Positions 31,211 through 39,209 of a stretch of DNA of 46,345 nucleotides are shown piece by piece; within the stretch, counting starts at the first letter, position 1; every line of letters begins with the position of its first letter. The notes below the pieces were generated by a model that made no database searches, was not told the DNA's origin, and worked only from the letters and a program-made list of their open reading frames with translations. The position numbers and the translations under genes were made by a program. The DNA is from Candidatus Pelagibacter sp. TMED128 (GTDB taxonomy: Bacteria; Pseudomonadota; Alphaproteobacteria; Pelagibacterales; Pelagibacteraceae): the NCBI GenBank assembly GCA_002170125.1, contig NHGD01000016.1:1-46345 (forward strand). Direction: 5' to 3'.

Positions 31211-32332
31211 GTGGCTAAAAGAGATTATTATGATGTCTTAGGTGTAACGAAATCAGCATCTAAAGATGAAATTAAAAAAGCCTACCGTAAGTTAGCACTA
31301 AAATATCATCCAGATAAAACAAAAGGCGACAAAACCTCAGAAGAAAAATTTAAAGAAGCAAGTGAAGCTTATCATATTTTATCTGACGAAAAGAGAAAAA
31401 CTAATTATGATCAATTTGGACATGCTGCTTTTGAAGGATCAGGAGGTAGCGGCCAAGGTTTTGGAGGATTTGATGCTTCTTCCTTTTCCGATATATTCGA
31501 GGATTTTTTTGGAGACTTTGGGGGTGGCGGGTCTTCAAGAAGATCTAGTAACAGAGGAAATGACTTAAGATATGACGTAAGTATAAGTTTAGAAGACGCT
31601 TACAGAGGATTAGAAAAAAACGTTAAATACACTACTTATAAAAAATGCTCTTCATGTTCAGGTAGTGGAGCAGCAAAAGGATCTAAACCAGTAAAATGCA
31701 GTTATTGTTCCGGCAGAGGCAAAGTTAGAACCAATCAAGGATTTTTCACAATTCAACAAACCTGTCCTCAATGTAGTGGATATGGAGAAACAATTGGTAC
31801 TCCCTGTAAAAATTGTAGTGGAAATGGAAAAGTTCAAGGCAATGAAAATGTAACCGTAAAAATTCCTAAAGGTGTTGATGATGGAACCAGAATAAGATTG
31901 TCTGGTAAAGGTGAAGCAGGTTCTAAAGGTGGTTCTAACGGAGATCTTTATCTTTTCATTTCTATTGACAACCATAATATTTTTAAAAGATCTGAAGAAA
32001 ATTTATACTATGAGCTTCCTATTTCTTTTTCTGATGCTACCTTAGGAACAACGGTAGAAGTACCCTCAATTGATGGAGGAAAATCTAAAATTAAAATTCC
32101 AGCCGGAACGCAACATGGTAAACAATTTAGGCTGAAAGGAAAAGGGATGCCAGTTTTAAGAAGGAGTTTATTTGGAGATCTATATATTAGAATTATAACT
32201 CAGGTACCAACTTCTCTATCTAAAAGACAAAAGGAAATACTTGAAGAATTTAATGAAATAGAGTCCAATAAACCTGATCCAATAATTAAAAGTTTTTTTG
32301 AGAAAGCTAGAAAATTTTGGAAAAACTCATAA
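31211..32332 (+). CDS. dnaJ: chaperone DnaJ
   Basis: J domain with HPD, G/F region, four CxxCxGxG repeats; GTG start with AAGGAG Shine-Dalgarno sequence. Confidence 0.99.
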   Translation: MAKRDYYDVLGVTKSASKDEIKKAYRKLALKYHPDKTKGDKTSEEKFKEASEAYHILSDEKRKTNYDQFGHAAFEGSGGSGQGFGGFDASSFSDIFEDFFGDFGGGGSSRRSSNRGNDLRYDVSISLEDAYRGLEKNVKYTTYKKCSSCSGSGAAKGSKPVKCSYCSGRGKVRTNQGFFTIQQTCPQCSGYGETIGTPCKNCSGNGKVQGNENVTVKIPKGVDDGTRIRLSGKGEAGSKGGSNGDLYLFISIDNHNIFKRSEENLYYELPISFSDATLGTTVEVPSIDGGKSKIKIPAGTQHGKQFRLKGKGMPVLRRSLFGDLYIRIITQVPTSLSKRQKEILEEFNEIESNKPDPIIKSFFEKARKFWKNS

Positions 32333-32337
32333 TCTGA

Positions 32338-32505
32338 ATGGAAACTGAACAACTAATGTCTGCAATATTTCTAGTTGCAGTATTAATATTAATCTTACCA
32401 GCATTTTTATCTACAAATAATAAGATAAAACAATTTTTAAAAAATTTATCTATTTGGGCTATAATTGTTCTTATTATTATTGTAATTATAAAACTTGTAT
32501 ACTAA
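32338..32505 (+). CDS. 55-aa two-TM small membrane protein (not in ORF track)
   Basis: METEQLMSAIFLVAVLILILPAFLSTNNKIKQFLKNLSIWAIIVLIIIVIIKLVY*; starts 5 nt after the dnaJ stop, and its TAA overlaps the dapB ATG (TAATG). Confidence 0.8.
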   Translation: METEQLMSAIFLVAVLILILPAFLSTNNKIKQFLKNLSIWAIIVLIIIVIIKLVY

Positions 32506-33281
32506 TGAAAAAAATTAATTTAGCTATAACTGGTTGCATGGGAAGAATGGGCCAACAACTCGTCAAAAACTCGAAAATAAATAAAAACTTTAAGTTAGTA
32601 TCTCTAACTGAAAATAGAATAATAAATAAAGCAATAATGGGTATTAGACCAGACCTAAATACCGAAAAAGCATTCAAAAAAGCAAATGTAATAATAGACT
32701 TTACGGTACCTAAATGTACCCTAGAAGTTTTAAAAATTGCATCAAAACTAAAAAAAAAAGTAGTTATAGGAACTACAGGATTCACAAAAAAAGAAGAAAA
32801 TATAATAAAAAGATACTCAAGAAAAATTCCTATTCTTAAAGCTGGAAATATGAGTGTGGGAGTGAATTTGCTCATGTATTTGACTGAAATAGCCTCAAAA
32901 TCTCTTGATAGTAATTACTTAACCAAAGTTTTTGAAGTCCACCATAAAAAAAAGAAAGACTACCCTTCAGGAACAGCTTTAATGCTTGGTAAAGGTATAG
33001 CAGTTGGGAAAAATAAAGATCTTTACAGATTAATGGGTAAAAAATATTTAAATAAAAAATCTTTTCCTTTTGGAAAAAAGATTAATTTTAACTCTTTAAG
33101 AAAAGGCTCAGTTATAGGAGAGCATAAAGTTTCTTTTTCTAGCGGAAAAGAAATAATTTCTTTAAATCATGTGGCTTTTGATAGAGCACTTTTTTCCGAA
33201 GGTGCATTAACAGCAGCAAGATGGATAATGGGGAAAAAACCTGGCTTATATTCTATGAGAGACGTTTTGAATTTTAAATAA
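32505..33281 (+). CDS. dapB: 4-hydroxy-tetrahydrodipicolinate reductase (start moved to ATG at 32505)
   Basis: ITGCMGRMG, IDFT, VIGTTG, EVHHKKKKDYPSGTAL, GEH, PGLYSMRDVL. Confidence 0.95.
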   Translation: MKKINLAITGCMGRMGQQLVKNSKINKNFKLVSLTENRIINKAIMGIRPDLNTEKAFKKANVIIDFTVPKCTLEVLKIASKLKKKVVIGTTGFTKKEENIIKRYSRKIPILKAGNMSVGVNLLMYLTEIASKSLDSNYLTKVFEVHHKKKKDYPSGTALMLGKGIAVGKNKDLYRLMGKKYLNKKSFPFGKKINFNSLRKGSVIGEHKVSFSSGKEIISLNHVAFDRALFSEGALTAARWIMGKKPGLYSMRDVLNFK

Positions 33282-33291
33282 ATTTAAAACA

Positions 33292-33945
33292 ATGAAAGAA
33301 ATTAGAAGAGCGTCTATAGTATTAAGACTTTTAAACAAATTTTATCCTAGGGTATCAGTTCCTTTAAAGCACAGAAATTTATTTACTTTACTAGTGTCTG
33401 TAGCTTTGTCTGCACAAACTACAGATGTTAATGTAAATAAAGCAACAAGAAAAATATATCCAAAATATTATAGGCCAGATCATTTCGTAAAACTCGGGAG
33501 AAAAAAAATTGAAAAATTAATAAGAAGTACTGGTTTTTTTAAGAGAAAAGCCAAAAGTGTATATTTGCTCTCAAAACAATTAGTAGAGAAACATGAAGGA
33601 AAAGTGCCTGGAAATTTTGAAGACCTAGAAAAATTACACGGAGTAGGACATAAAACAGCTAGTGTTGTAATGTCTCAAGGTTTTGGATACCCTGCATTCC
33701 CAGTAGACACTCATATCCATCGATTGGCACAAAGATGGGGTTTATCTAGTGGTAAAAATGTTGTTCAGACAGAAAAAGATTTAAAAAGACTATTTCCCAA
33801 AAAGTCGTGGAATAAACTTCATCTACAGATAATTTGGTATGGAAGGGAATATTGTCAGGCTAGAGAGTGTTACGGTATAGCTTGTAAAATCTGTAGAAGC
33901 TGTTATCCAAAAAGAAAAAAACCAATTAAAACTAAAAAAGCTTAA
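33292..33945 (+). CDS. nth: endonuclease III
   Basis: LSAQTTDVNVN, HhH motif LHGVGHKTA, PVDTHIHR, C-terminal Cys cluster. Confidence 0.95.
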   Translation: MKEIRRASIVLRLLNKFYPRVSVPLKHRNLFTLLVSVALSAQTTDVNVNKATRKIYPKYYRPDHFVKLGRKKIEKLIRSTGFFKRKAKSVYLLSKQLVEKHEGKVPGNFEDLEKLHGVGHKTASVVMSQGFGYPAFPVDTHIHRLAQRWGLSSGKNVVQTEKDLKRLFPKKSWNKLHLQIIWYGREYCQARECYGIACKICRSCYPKRKKPIKTKKA

Positions 33946-33950
33946 TAAAG

Positions 33951-34880
33951 ATGAAAATTATAGGAATTGGAAACGCAATAGTAGATGTTATTTGTAAAGT
34001 AGAAGAAAGCTTTCTTAAAAATAATTCATTAACAAAAAGCACCATGAAACTTGTGGATGAGAGTGAGTTTAAAAAATTACTTTCAAACCTTAAAATTGAA
34101 GAAACAGTTTCTGGTGGTTCAGTTGCTAATTCTATCGTGGGTCTTTCTCAGTTGGGAAATAATGTAGGGTTTATCGGAAAAGTGAGTGATGATGAGCTTG
34201 GTGCTAAGTACGAAGAGGGACTTAAAAAAGAAAAAGTCAAATATTTTTATTCTAAAAAAAAAGAATTAATTCCTACTGGAACTTGTTTGATTTTAATTAC
34301 TCCTGACTCTGAGAGAACTATGTGTACATTTCTTGGAACAGCAGGAAAAATTAATGAGAAAGATATAGATATTGACTCAATAAAAAATAGTCATCTTTTA
34401 TTTCTAGAAGGATATCTTTGGGACGAGGGAGAACCTAAAAAGGCTTTTGAAAAAGCAATTCAAAATTCTAATAAAGTAGCAATGTCTTTATCTGACTTAT
34501 TCTGTGTAAAAAGACACAAGTCTCATTTCTTGGACTTAGTCAAAAATAAATTGGATATTACTTTTGCTAATGAACAAGAAATAATGTCTTTGATAGATAC
34601 AAAAAAATTTAATGATGTGATTGAATTTTCAAAAAAAATTAAAAAATTGTTAATTATTACTAGAGGGGAAAATGGTGCAGTAGCAATTAAAGGAGATGAA
34701 ATTGTAGAATGTGAAGCTGAAAAAAATCTTAGGATTGTAGACTTAACTGGTGCTGGTGATCTTTTTGCAGCAGGTTTTTTAAATGGTTATGTAAATAATC
34801 TAACTCTCAAAGAAAGTTTACATAAAGGTACTGAAATGTCATCAAAAGTAATTCAAATAATCGGTGCTCGATTAAATTAA
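33951..34880 (+). CDS. PfkB-family adenosine/sugar kinase
   Basis: GIGNAIVD, GGSVANS, ERTMCTFLG, FANEQE, DLTGAGDLFAAGF. Confidence 0.9.
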   Translation: MKIIGIGNAIVDVICKVEESFLKNNSLTKSTMKLVDESEFKKLLSNLKIEETVSGGSVANSIVGLSQLGNNVGFIGKVSDDELGAKYEEGLKKEKVKYFYSKKKELIPTGTCLILITPDSERTMCTFLGTAGKINEKDIDIDSIKNSHLLFLEGYLWDEGEPKKAFEKAIQNSNKVAMSLSDLFCVKRHKSHFLDLVKNKLDITFANEQEIMSLIDTKKFNDVIEFSKKIKKLLIITRGENGAVAIKGDEIVECEAEKNLRIVDLTGAGDLFAAGFLNGYVNNLTLKESLHKGTEMSSKVIQIIGARLN

Positions 34881-34881
34881 A

Positions 34882-34989
34882 TTATTTTTTTCTTCTTTTG
34901 AAACTTCCTTTTCCTTTTTTTGGTTTAATTACACGTTTACGATATTTTGTTGTAAATAAGTCTAGAGCCATTTTATTTCTTTTTTTCAT
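34882..34989 (-). CDS. arfA: ArfA-like alternative ribosome rescue factor, 35 aa (not in ORF track)
   Basis: MKKRNKMALDLFTTKYRKRVIKPKKGKGSFKRRKK*; contains the ArfA signature R.R....KKGKGS(Y/F).R. Its ATG overlaps the upstream TGA (ATGA). Confidence 0.8.
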   Translation of the reverse strand: MKKRNKMALDLFTTKYRKRVIKPKKGKGSFKRRKK

Positions 34990-35615
34990 AGTAAATAACC
35001 ATCTTTATTATTTATAATAAAATTATCATCTAAAAATTTTGATTTAATTTTTTTTCTTAATCTATAAATGTGAGTTTCAACAGTATGAGTATCTGCTTCA
35101 GGAGCATATTTCCAAACTTCTTTTAAAATCCTATTTTTACTAATAGATTTATTGTTATATAAAAATAACTCTAAAAGTTGAATTTCTTTTTCAGTTAGTA
35201 AAATAAAGTTACCATTTTTTTTTAATTTCTTCTCATTTTTATCTAAAATGTAATCTTTAATCTTAATTGATGAGTTTTTATTGAAACTTTTTTTGGCAAT
35301 TGAATTTTCAATAATTGAATTTAAATCTTTAATACTAGTTGGTAAAGATAATCTTAAATCAAATAAACCTGTATTAATTTTATTTGATGTGGACATCAAA
35401 ATTTTGATCTTTTCAGTTTCTTTTAAAAGTTCTTGTTTAACTTGACTATTTTTTGAATAATCTTCGTGAATTAATAAAACATCATATTCTTTAAGTGAAT
35501 CTTTATCTAAATTATTTAAAGAAGATGTTAATTTAAATTTTAAATGATCTTTAAGTTCTTCTATTGAAGTGTTAAAGTTTTTTGAACCAAAAGTTAAAAC
35601 ATTAATTTTGTGCAT
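34986..35615 (-). CDS. OmpR-type winged-helix transcription regulator, CenR-like, with degenerate receiver domain
   Basis: LTEKE..LL..L and VW.Y...DTHTVETHIYRLRKKI..GY in the wHTH; the N-terminus lacks a recognisable acidic pocket. Confidence 0.8.
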   Translation of the reverse strand: MHKINVLTFGSKNFNTSIEELKDHLKFKLTSSLNNLDKDSLKEYDVLLIHEDYSKNSQVKQELLKETEKIKILMSTSNKINTGLFDLRLSLPTSIKDLNSIIENSIAKKSFNKNSSIKIKDYILDKNEKKLKKNGNFILLTEKEIQLLELFLYNNKSISKNRILKEVWKYAPEADTHTVETHIYRLRKKIKSKFLDDNFIINNKDGYLL

Positions 35616-36101
35616 ATTTTTATTAAAAATAAGTTTTTATCTATTAATAACTATAAAGTAAAATGTGCTGTTGGTAAAAGAGGAATTGGAAATAAGAAAA
35701 AAGAAGGTGATAAAATAACACCAAAAGGCAAGTTTAAGATTAAGTCTATTCTATTCCGAAAAGATAGAGTCCCAATTATAAAAACTAAAATTAACAAAAT
35801 TTGTATTAAAAAAAATATGGGTTGGTGTGATGACCCAAGATCTAAAAATTATAACAAATTAGTAAAACTTCCATCGAATTACAAATCTGAAAAGCTTTTT
35901 AAGAAAGATAACACTTACGATATAATCTTAGTTTTAAATTATAATTTTAATCCTATAGTCAAAGGTAAAGGTAGCGCAATATTTATTCATGTTGCTAGAA
36001 AAGGTTATAAAAATACGATGGGTTGTATTGCAATTAGTAAAAGAGATTTAAAAAATTTAATCAAAAAAATTAGTAACCGGACAACTGTAAATATAAGCTA
36101 G
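35610..36101 (+). CDS. L,D-transpeptidase (YkuD) family protein
   Basis: KKEGDKITPKG, GWCDDP, GSAIFIH..TMGCIA (His-Cys catalytic motif). Confidence 0.88.
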   Translation: MHIFIKNKFLSINNYKVKCAVGKRGIGNKKKEGDKITPKGKFKIKSILFRKDRVPIIKTKINKICIKKNMGWCDDPRSKNYNKLVKLPSNYKSEKLFKKDNTYDIILVLNYNFNPIVKGKGSAIFIHVARKGYKNTMGCIAISKRDLKNLIKKISNRTTVNIS

Positions 36102-36748
36102 GATCTTTCTCCGAATATAGAACTACCTATTCTTAAATGCGTGGCTTTATTGTTTATAGCAACCATATAATCTGATGACATTCCAATGCTTAAATTTTTT
36201 AAACCTAAAGAAGCATTAAGTTCAGATATGCTTTTAAAATATTTTTCTGTATTATTATCATTTGGAGGAATAGCCATTAATCCCAGAATATTTAACTTTT
36301 TTTCCATTACACAGTAATTATAAAAAGCATCTACTTCGCTAAAAGAAATACCAGATTTTTGGGTTTCATTTCCTAGATTTACTTGGATAAAATATTTAAT
36401 TGATTTATTAATGCTATTTTGAGTTTTTGCACAAACGTCTGCAAGTTTTTGACTATCCAAAGAATGTATATAATCAAAAATTTGTACAGCTTTTTTAGCT
36501 TTATTGCTTTGTAACTTTCCTATCATGTGAAGTTGTAAATTTTTTTTCTCAATCTTTATTTTTGTCCATTTAGACTCAGCTTCTTGAACTTTATTTTCTC
36601 CATAATGTAAATGTCCATGATCAATAAGGGGCATAATATGTTCTAGTGAAAACGTTTTGCTTACAGCAATAATTGTGCTTGAATCCGACCCTGGAATTTT
36701 TTTTATATTAGATTTTATTTTATTGTATCTTTCAATTATGATGTTCAT
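36098..36748 (-). CDS. yggS: PLP homeostasis protein
   Basis: IAVSKT, GENKVQE, HMIGKLQSNK, SIGMSSDY, RIGSSIFG. Confidence 0.95.
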   Translation of the reverse strand: MNIIIERYNKIKSNIKKIPGSDSSTIIAVSKTFSLEHIMPLIDHGHLHYGENKVQEAESKWTKIKIEKKNLQLHMIGKLQSNKAKKAVQIFDYIHSLDSQKLADVCAKTQNSINKSIKYFIQVNLGNETQKSGISFSEVDAFYNYCVMEKKLNILGLMAIPPNDNNTEKYFKSISELNASLGLKNLSIGMSSDYMVAINNKATHLRIGSSIFGERS

Positions 36749-37324
36749 ATGTTTATAGTAAAAAAAAAATATTATTTTATAATAGAAAATATCAGAGATA
36801 TTAATTTAAAAAATATAAAAAATTCAAGTAAATTCTGCATAATTTACAGACCTAAAGTAAAAATTAAAAATATAGATGAGTTAATGAGGTTTAGAAATAA
36901 TTGTAAAAGGAGAAATATAGATTTTTATGTTTCCAATAACATAAAATTGAGCAACCTCTTAAAATCTGATGGTATTTATATTTCAGCACATAATACAAAT
37001 CTTAAAATTGCTAATCTAAGACACTCTAATTTTAAGATAATTGGATCAGCACATAATATTAAAGAAATAAAGATAAAAAAACTGCAAGGTTGCTCTAGCA
37101 TTGTTTTCTCACGATTATTTAAAACTTCATACAAGTACAAAAAGGGGTTTTTAGGGGTTTTGAAATTCAATCTTTTTAAACTATCTAGGAAAGAAGATTT
37201 AATCCCTCTAGGAGGAATAAAATCATCTAATTTTAATAAACTCAATACTGTTAAGTGTGAGTCAATAGCAATATTTTCAGAAATAAAAAAAAGGCCTTCT
37301 ACCTTTTCTAAGCTTTGTTATTAA
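36749..37324 (+). CDS. thiamine phosphate synthase/TenI-like TIM-barrel protein
   Basis: DGIYISA, IIGSAHN, S..F, IPLGGI motifs; divergent. Confidence 0.7.
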   Translation: MFIVKKKYYFIIENIRDINLKNIKNSSKFCIIYRPKVKIKNIDELMRFRNNCKRRNIDFYVSNNIKLSNLLKSDGIYISAHNTNLKIANLRHSNFKIIGSAHNIKEIKIKKLQGCSSIVFSRLFKTSYKYKKGFLGVLKFNLFKLSRKEDLIPLGGIKSSNFNKLNTVKCESIAIFSEIKKRPSTFSKLCY

Positions 37325-37343
37325 TTATTTTTAGATTTAAATT

Positions 37344-37375
37344 AAAAAAAAAGGGGCGAAAAAATCGCCCCTTTT
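37344..37375. terminator. bidirectional intrinsic terminator between the thiE-like gene and the porin
   Basis: AAAAGGGGCGA-AAAAA-TCGCCCCTTTT with A/T tracts on both sides; the longer U tract is on the porin (minus) strand. Confidence 0.9.
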
Positions 37376-37399
37376 AATATCTTGTATACTAATTACTAA

Positions 37400-38458
37400 T
37401 TAGAATGCGAATGCTACAGCGATAATTGTATCTTTCGCATCAACTCCATCAGCATAACCAACGTTGTCGTAGTCAGCTTGTGCTATTGATAAAGTCGCAC
37501 CACCTAGAGAGTAAGCCGCTTGTACTGACGTCATCCCTATGTCGTAACTAGCTGTTGCAGTAGTTTGGTAATTTACTTCACCATCTTCTTTTGTGTAAGA
37601 TACAGATAATGCATCATTTACAGCAAACGCAAGTGATATACCAGTGTTTTCGTAGTACTCAACACTTGTTGCACCAGCAGTGATTCCTGATACTTCAGGA
37701 GCTTTGTAAGATTTACCATAACCAGCTGTGAAATTTCCGATAGCATATTCTACACCCCAAGATCCACCTTCTTCAAGTTGGTCTTCAGTTGTTATACCAT
37801 CATCAAAATCCTGAATATCGTAGTAGTGACCACTAACCGTTAAACCATCAATTGGTTTAGTTACTAGTGAGTATGCTTCGATTGAGTTACCATTAGCTTG
37901 TCCTTGTGCATTGCCGCTTTGACCATCTTTCTTTTGTTGACCATATGCAATTGAACCAGTTGTACCAAAAGGTAATTCAGGTGTGTGATATTGTAAAGAA
38001 GCATAAGAAGACTCAGAAGCTGGGTAAGTTATACCTTCGCTTAAACCTGTGTCTGTCATTGAAGTATACACTGACTGATCAAATGCATATTCTTTACCAT
38101 TGCTACACTCAGATACACAAACTTTTACAGTTCCTAAATCATTCATAGTTACTGAAATGTGCGTATCATCATTCAAAGCTCCACCTGGAGGCGTGTTTGA
38201 AGGAGAAGTAGCTGTATCACCAGTTGTAGTTGGATCTAACTCCATAGAGTATTTCCAAGTATAACCGTTGTCCATTTCACCGCTCGCTGTGAAATTTAAT
38301 TCGTTTGTAATACCGATACCATTGTCTTTATTTTGACCGTTAGTAATGTGGTAAGTTGCTTTAGCTGAACCACTTACAGATAATTCACCTGCATTAACGG
38401 AAAACATAAGAGATAATGAAGCGATAGAAACGAATAACGTTTTCATTATAGTTTTCAT
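37400..38458 (-). CDS. outer membrane porin
   Basis: Signal peptide ending VNA-GE; alternating beta-strand pattern; Gly/Ser/Thr/Asp-rich; C-terminal IAVAFAF; AAGGA Shine-Dalgarno sequence; strong terminator. Confidence 0.9.
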   Translation of the reverse strand: MKTIMKTLFVSIASLSLMFSVNAGELSVSGSAKATYHITNGQNKDNGIGITNELNFTASGEMDNGYTWKYSMELDPTTTGDTATSPSNTPPGGALNDDTHISVTMNDLGTVKVCVSECSNGKEYAFDQSVYTSMTDTGLSEGITYPASESSYASLQYHTPELPFGTTGSIAYGQQKKDGQSGNAQGQANGNSIEAYSLVTKPIDGLTVSGHYYDIQDFDDGITTEDQLEEGGSWGVEYAIGNFTAGYGKSYKAPEVSGITAGATSVEYYENTGISLAFAVNDALSVSYTKEDGEVNYQTTATASYDIGMTSVQAAYSLGGATLSIAQADYDNVGYADGVDAKDTIIAVAFAF

Positions 38459-38564
38459 TTATTTATCCTTTGTTTTGGTTTTAATAATTAAAACGAGTGG
38501 AAATTAGCATTTTACTTATCTTTTTTAAGCATAAACTCAGTAAATATGTTCAAATTTTTCAAAA

Positions 38565-38582
38565 TGTTGTATATTTACAACA
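38565..38582. promoter_or_regulatory. inverted repeat, candidate transcription-factor site between porin and DUF3576 gene
   Basis: TGTTGTA-TATT-TACAACA, perfect 7-bp arms. Confidence 0.55.
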
Positions 38583-38665
38583 CTTTTTCCTCTTTTTTCT
38601 ATCCAAACTAGAATATTAAAAAAAAACAATTTTTTTGTTTTTCTTTATTCTTTGGAATAAACATA

Positions 38666-39202
38666 ATGATACTTATGACAAAAAAGTTCAATATTTTCCT
38701 AATTATTCCTGTAATTTTGCTAATGTTAACAGCCTGCAACGCATTAAAACCTGAAAAGGTTAATACTAGAGAAACTCCAGTAAATGCTCAAGAGAGAGCA
38801 AGAAAAAATATTGAACAAGGAAGTGGAGTTTCTATAAATTCTATACTTAAAAATCGTGGAGGTACTAATTTTGAATTTAGTTCATCTAATCCGATGTGGA
38901 GAGCTTCTTTAGAAATCTTAGATTTTCTTCCTTTAAGCACAGTCGATTATTCAGGTGGTATGATTGTTTCTGATTGGTACACAGGTGAAAGCTCAAGTGA
39001 GGCAATCAAAATTTCAATTAGATTCCTCTCAAATGAAGTTCGTAGCGATAGTATAAAAATAATTGTTCATAAAAAAAAATGCTCTGGAAATCAAAATTGT
39101 AAAATAGCATTATTGAGTAATTCTAAGATAAGCCAAGAATTAAGAGGTACAATTTTAAAAAAAGCAGCAGAATTTAAAAAAGAATCTAAAAAGAAAAAAT
39201 AA
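38666..39202 (+). CDS. DUF3576-like lipoprotein
   Basis: Lipobox LTAC; NPMWRASLEILDFLPL..VDY.GG.IVSDWY; upstream of leuS as in other alphaproteobacteria. Confidence 0.82.
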   Translation: MILMTKKFNIFLIIPVILLMLTACNALKPEKVNTRETPVNAQERARKNIEQGSGVSINSILKNRGGTNFEFSSSNPMWRASLEILDFLPLSTVDYSGGMIVSDWYTGESSSEAIKISIRFLSNEVRSDSIKIIVHKKKCSGNQNCKIALLSNSKISQELRGTILKKAAEFKKESKKKK

Positions 39203-39209
39203 GTCTTAA

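Noticed and set aside
32454-32504. N-terminal extension MGYNCSYYYCNYKTCIL on dapB in the ORF track
   Set aside because: Artefact of an upstream TTG. The region belongs to the 55-aa ORF in another frame, and DapB homology starts at ATG 32505.
37400-38458. Porin as a horizontally acquired island because of higher GC
   Set aside because: Amino-acid composition and high-expression codon bias explain it; no mobility genes or flanking repeats.
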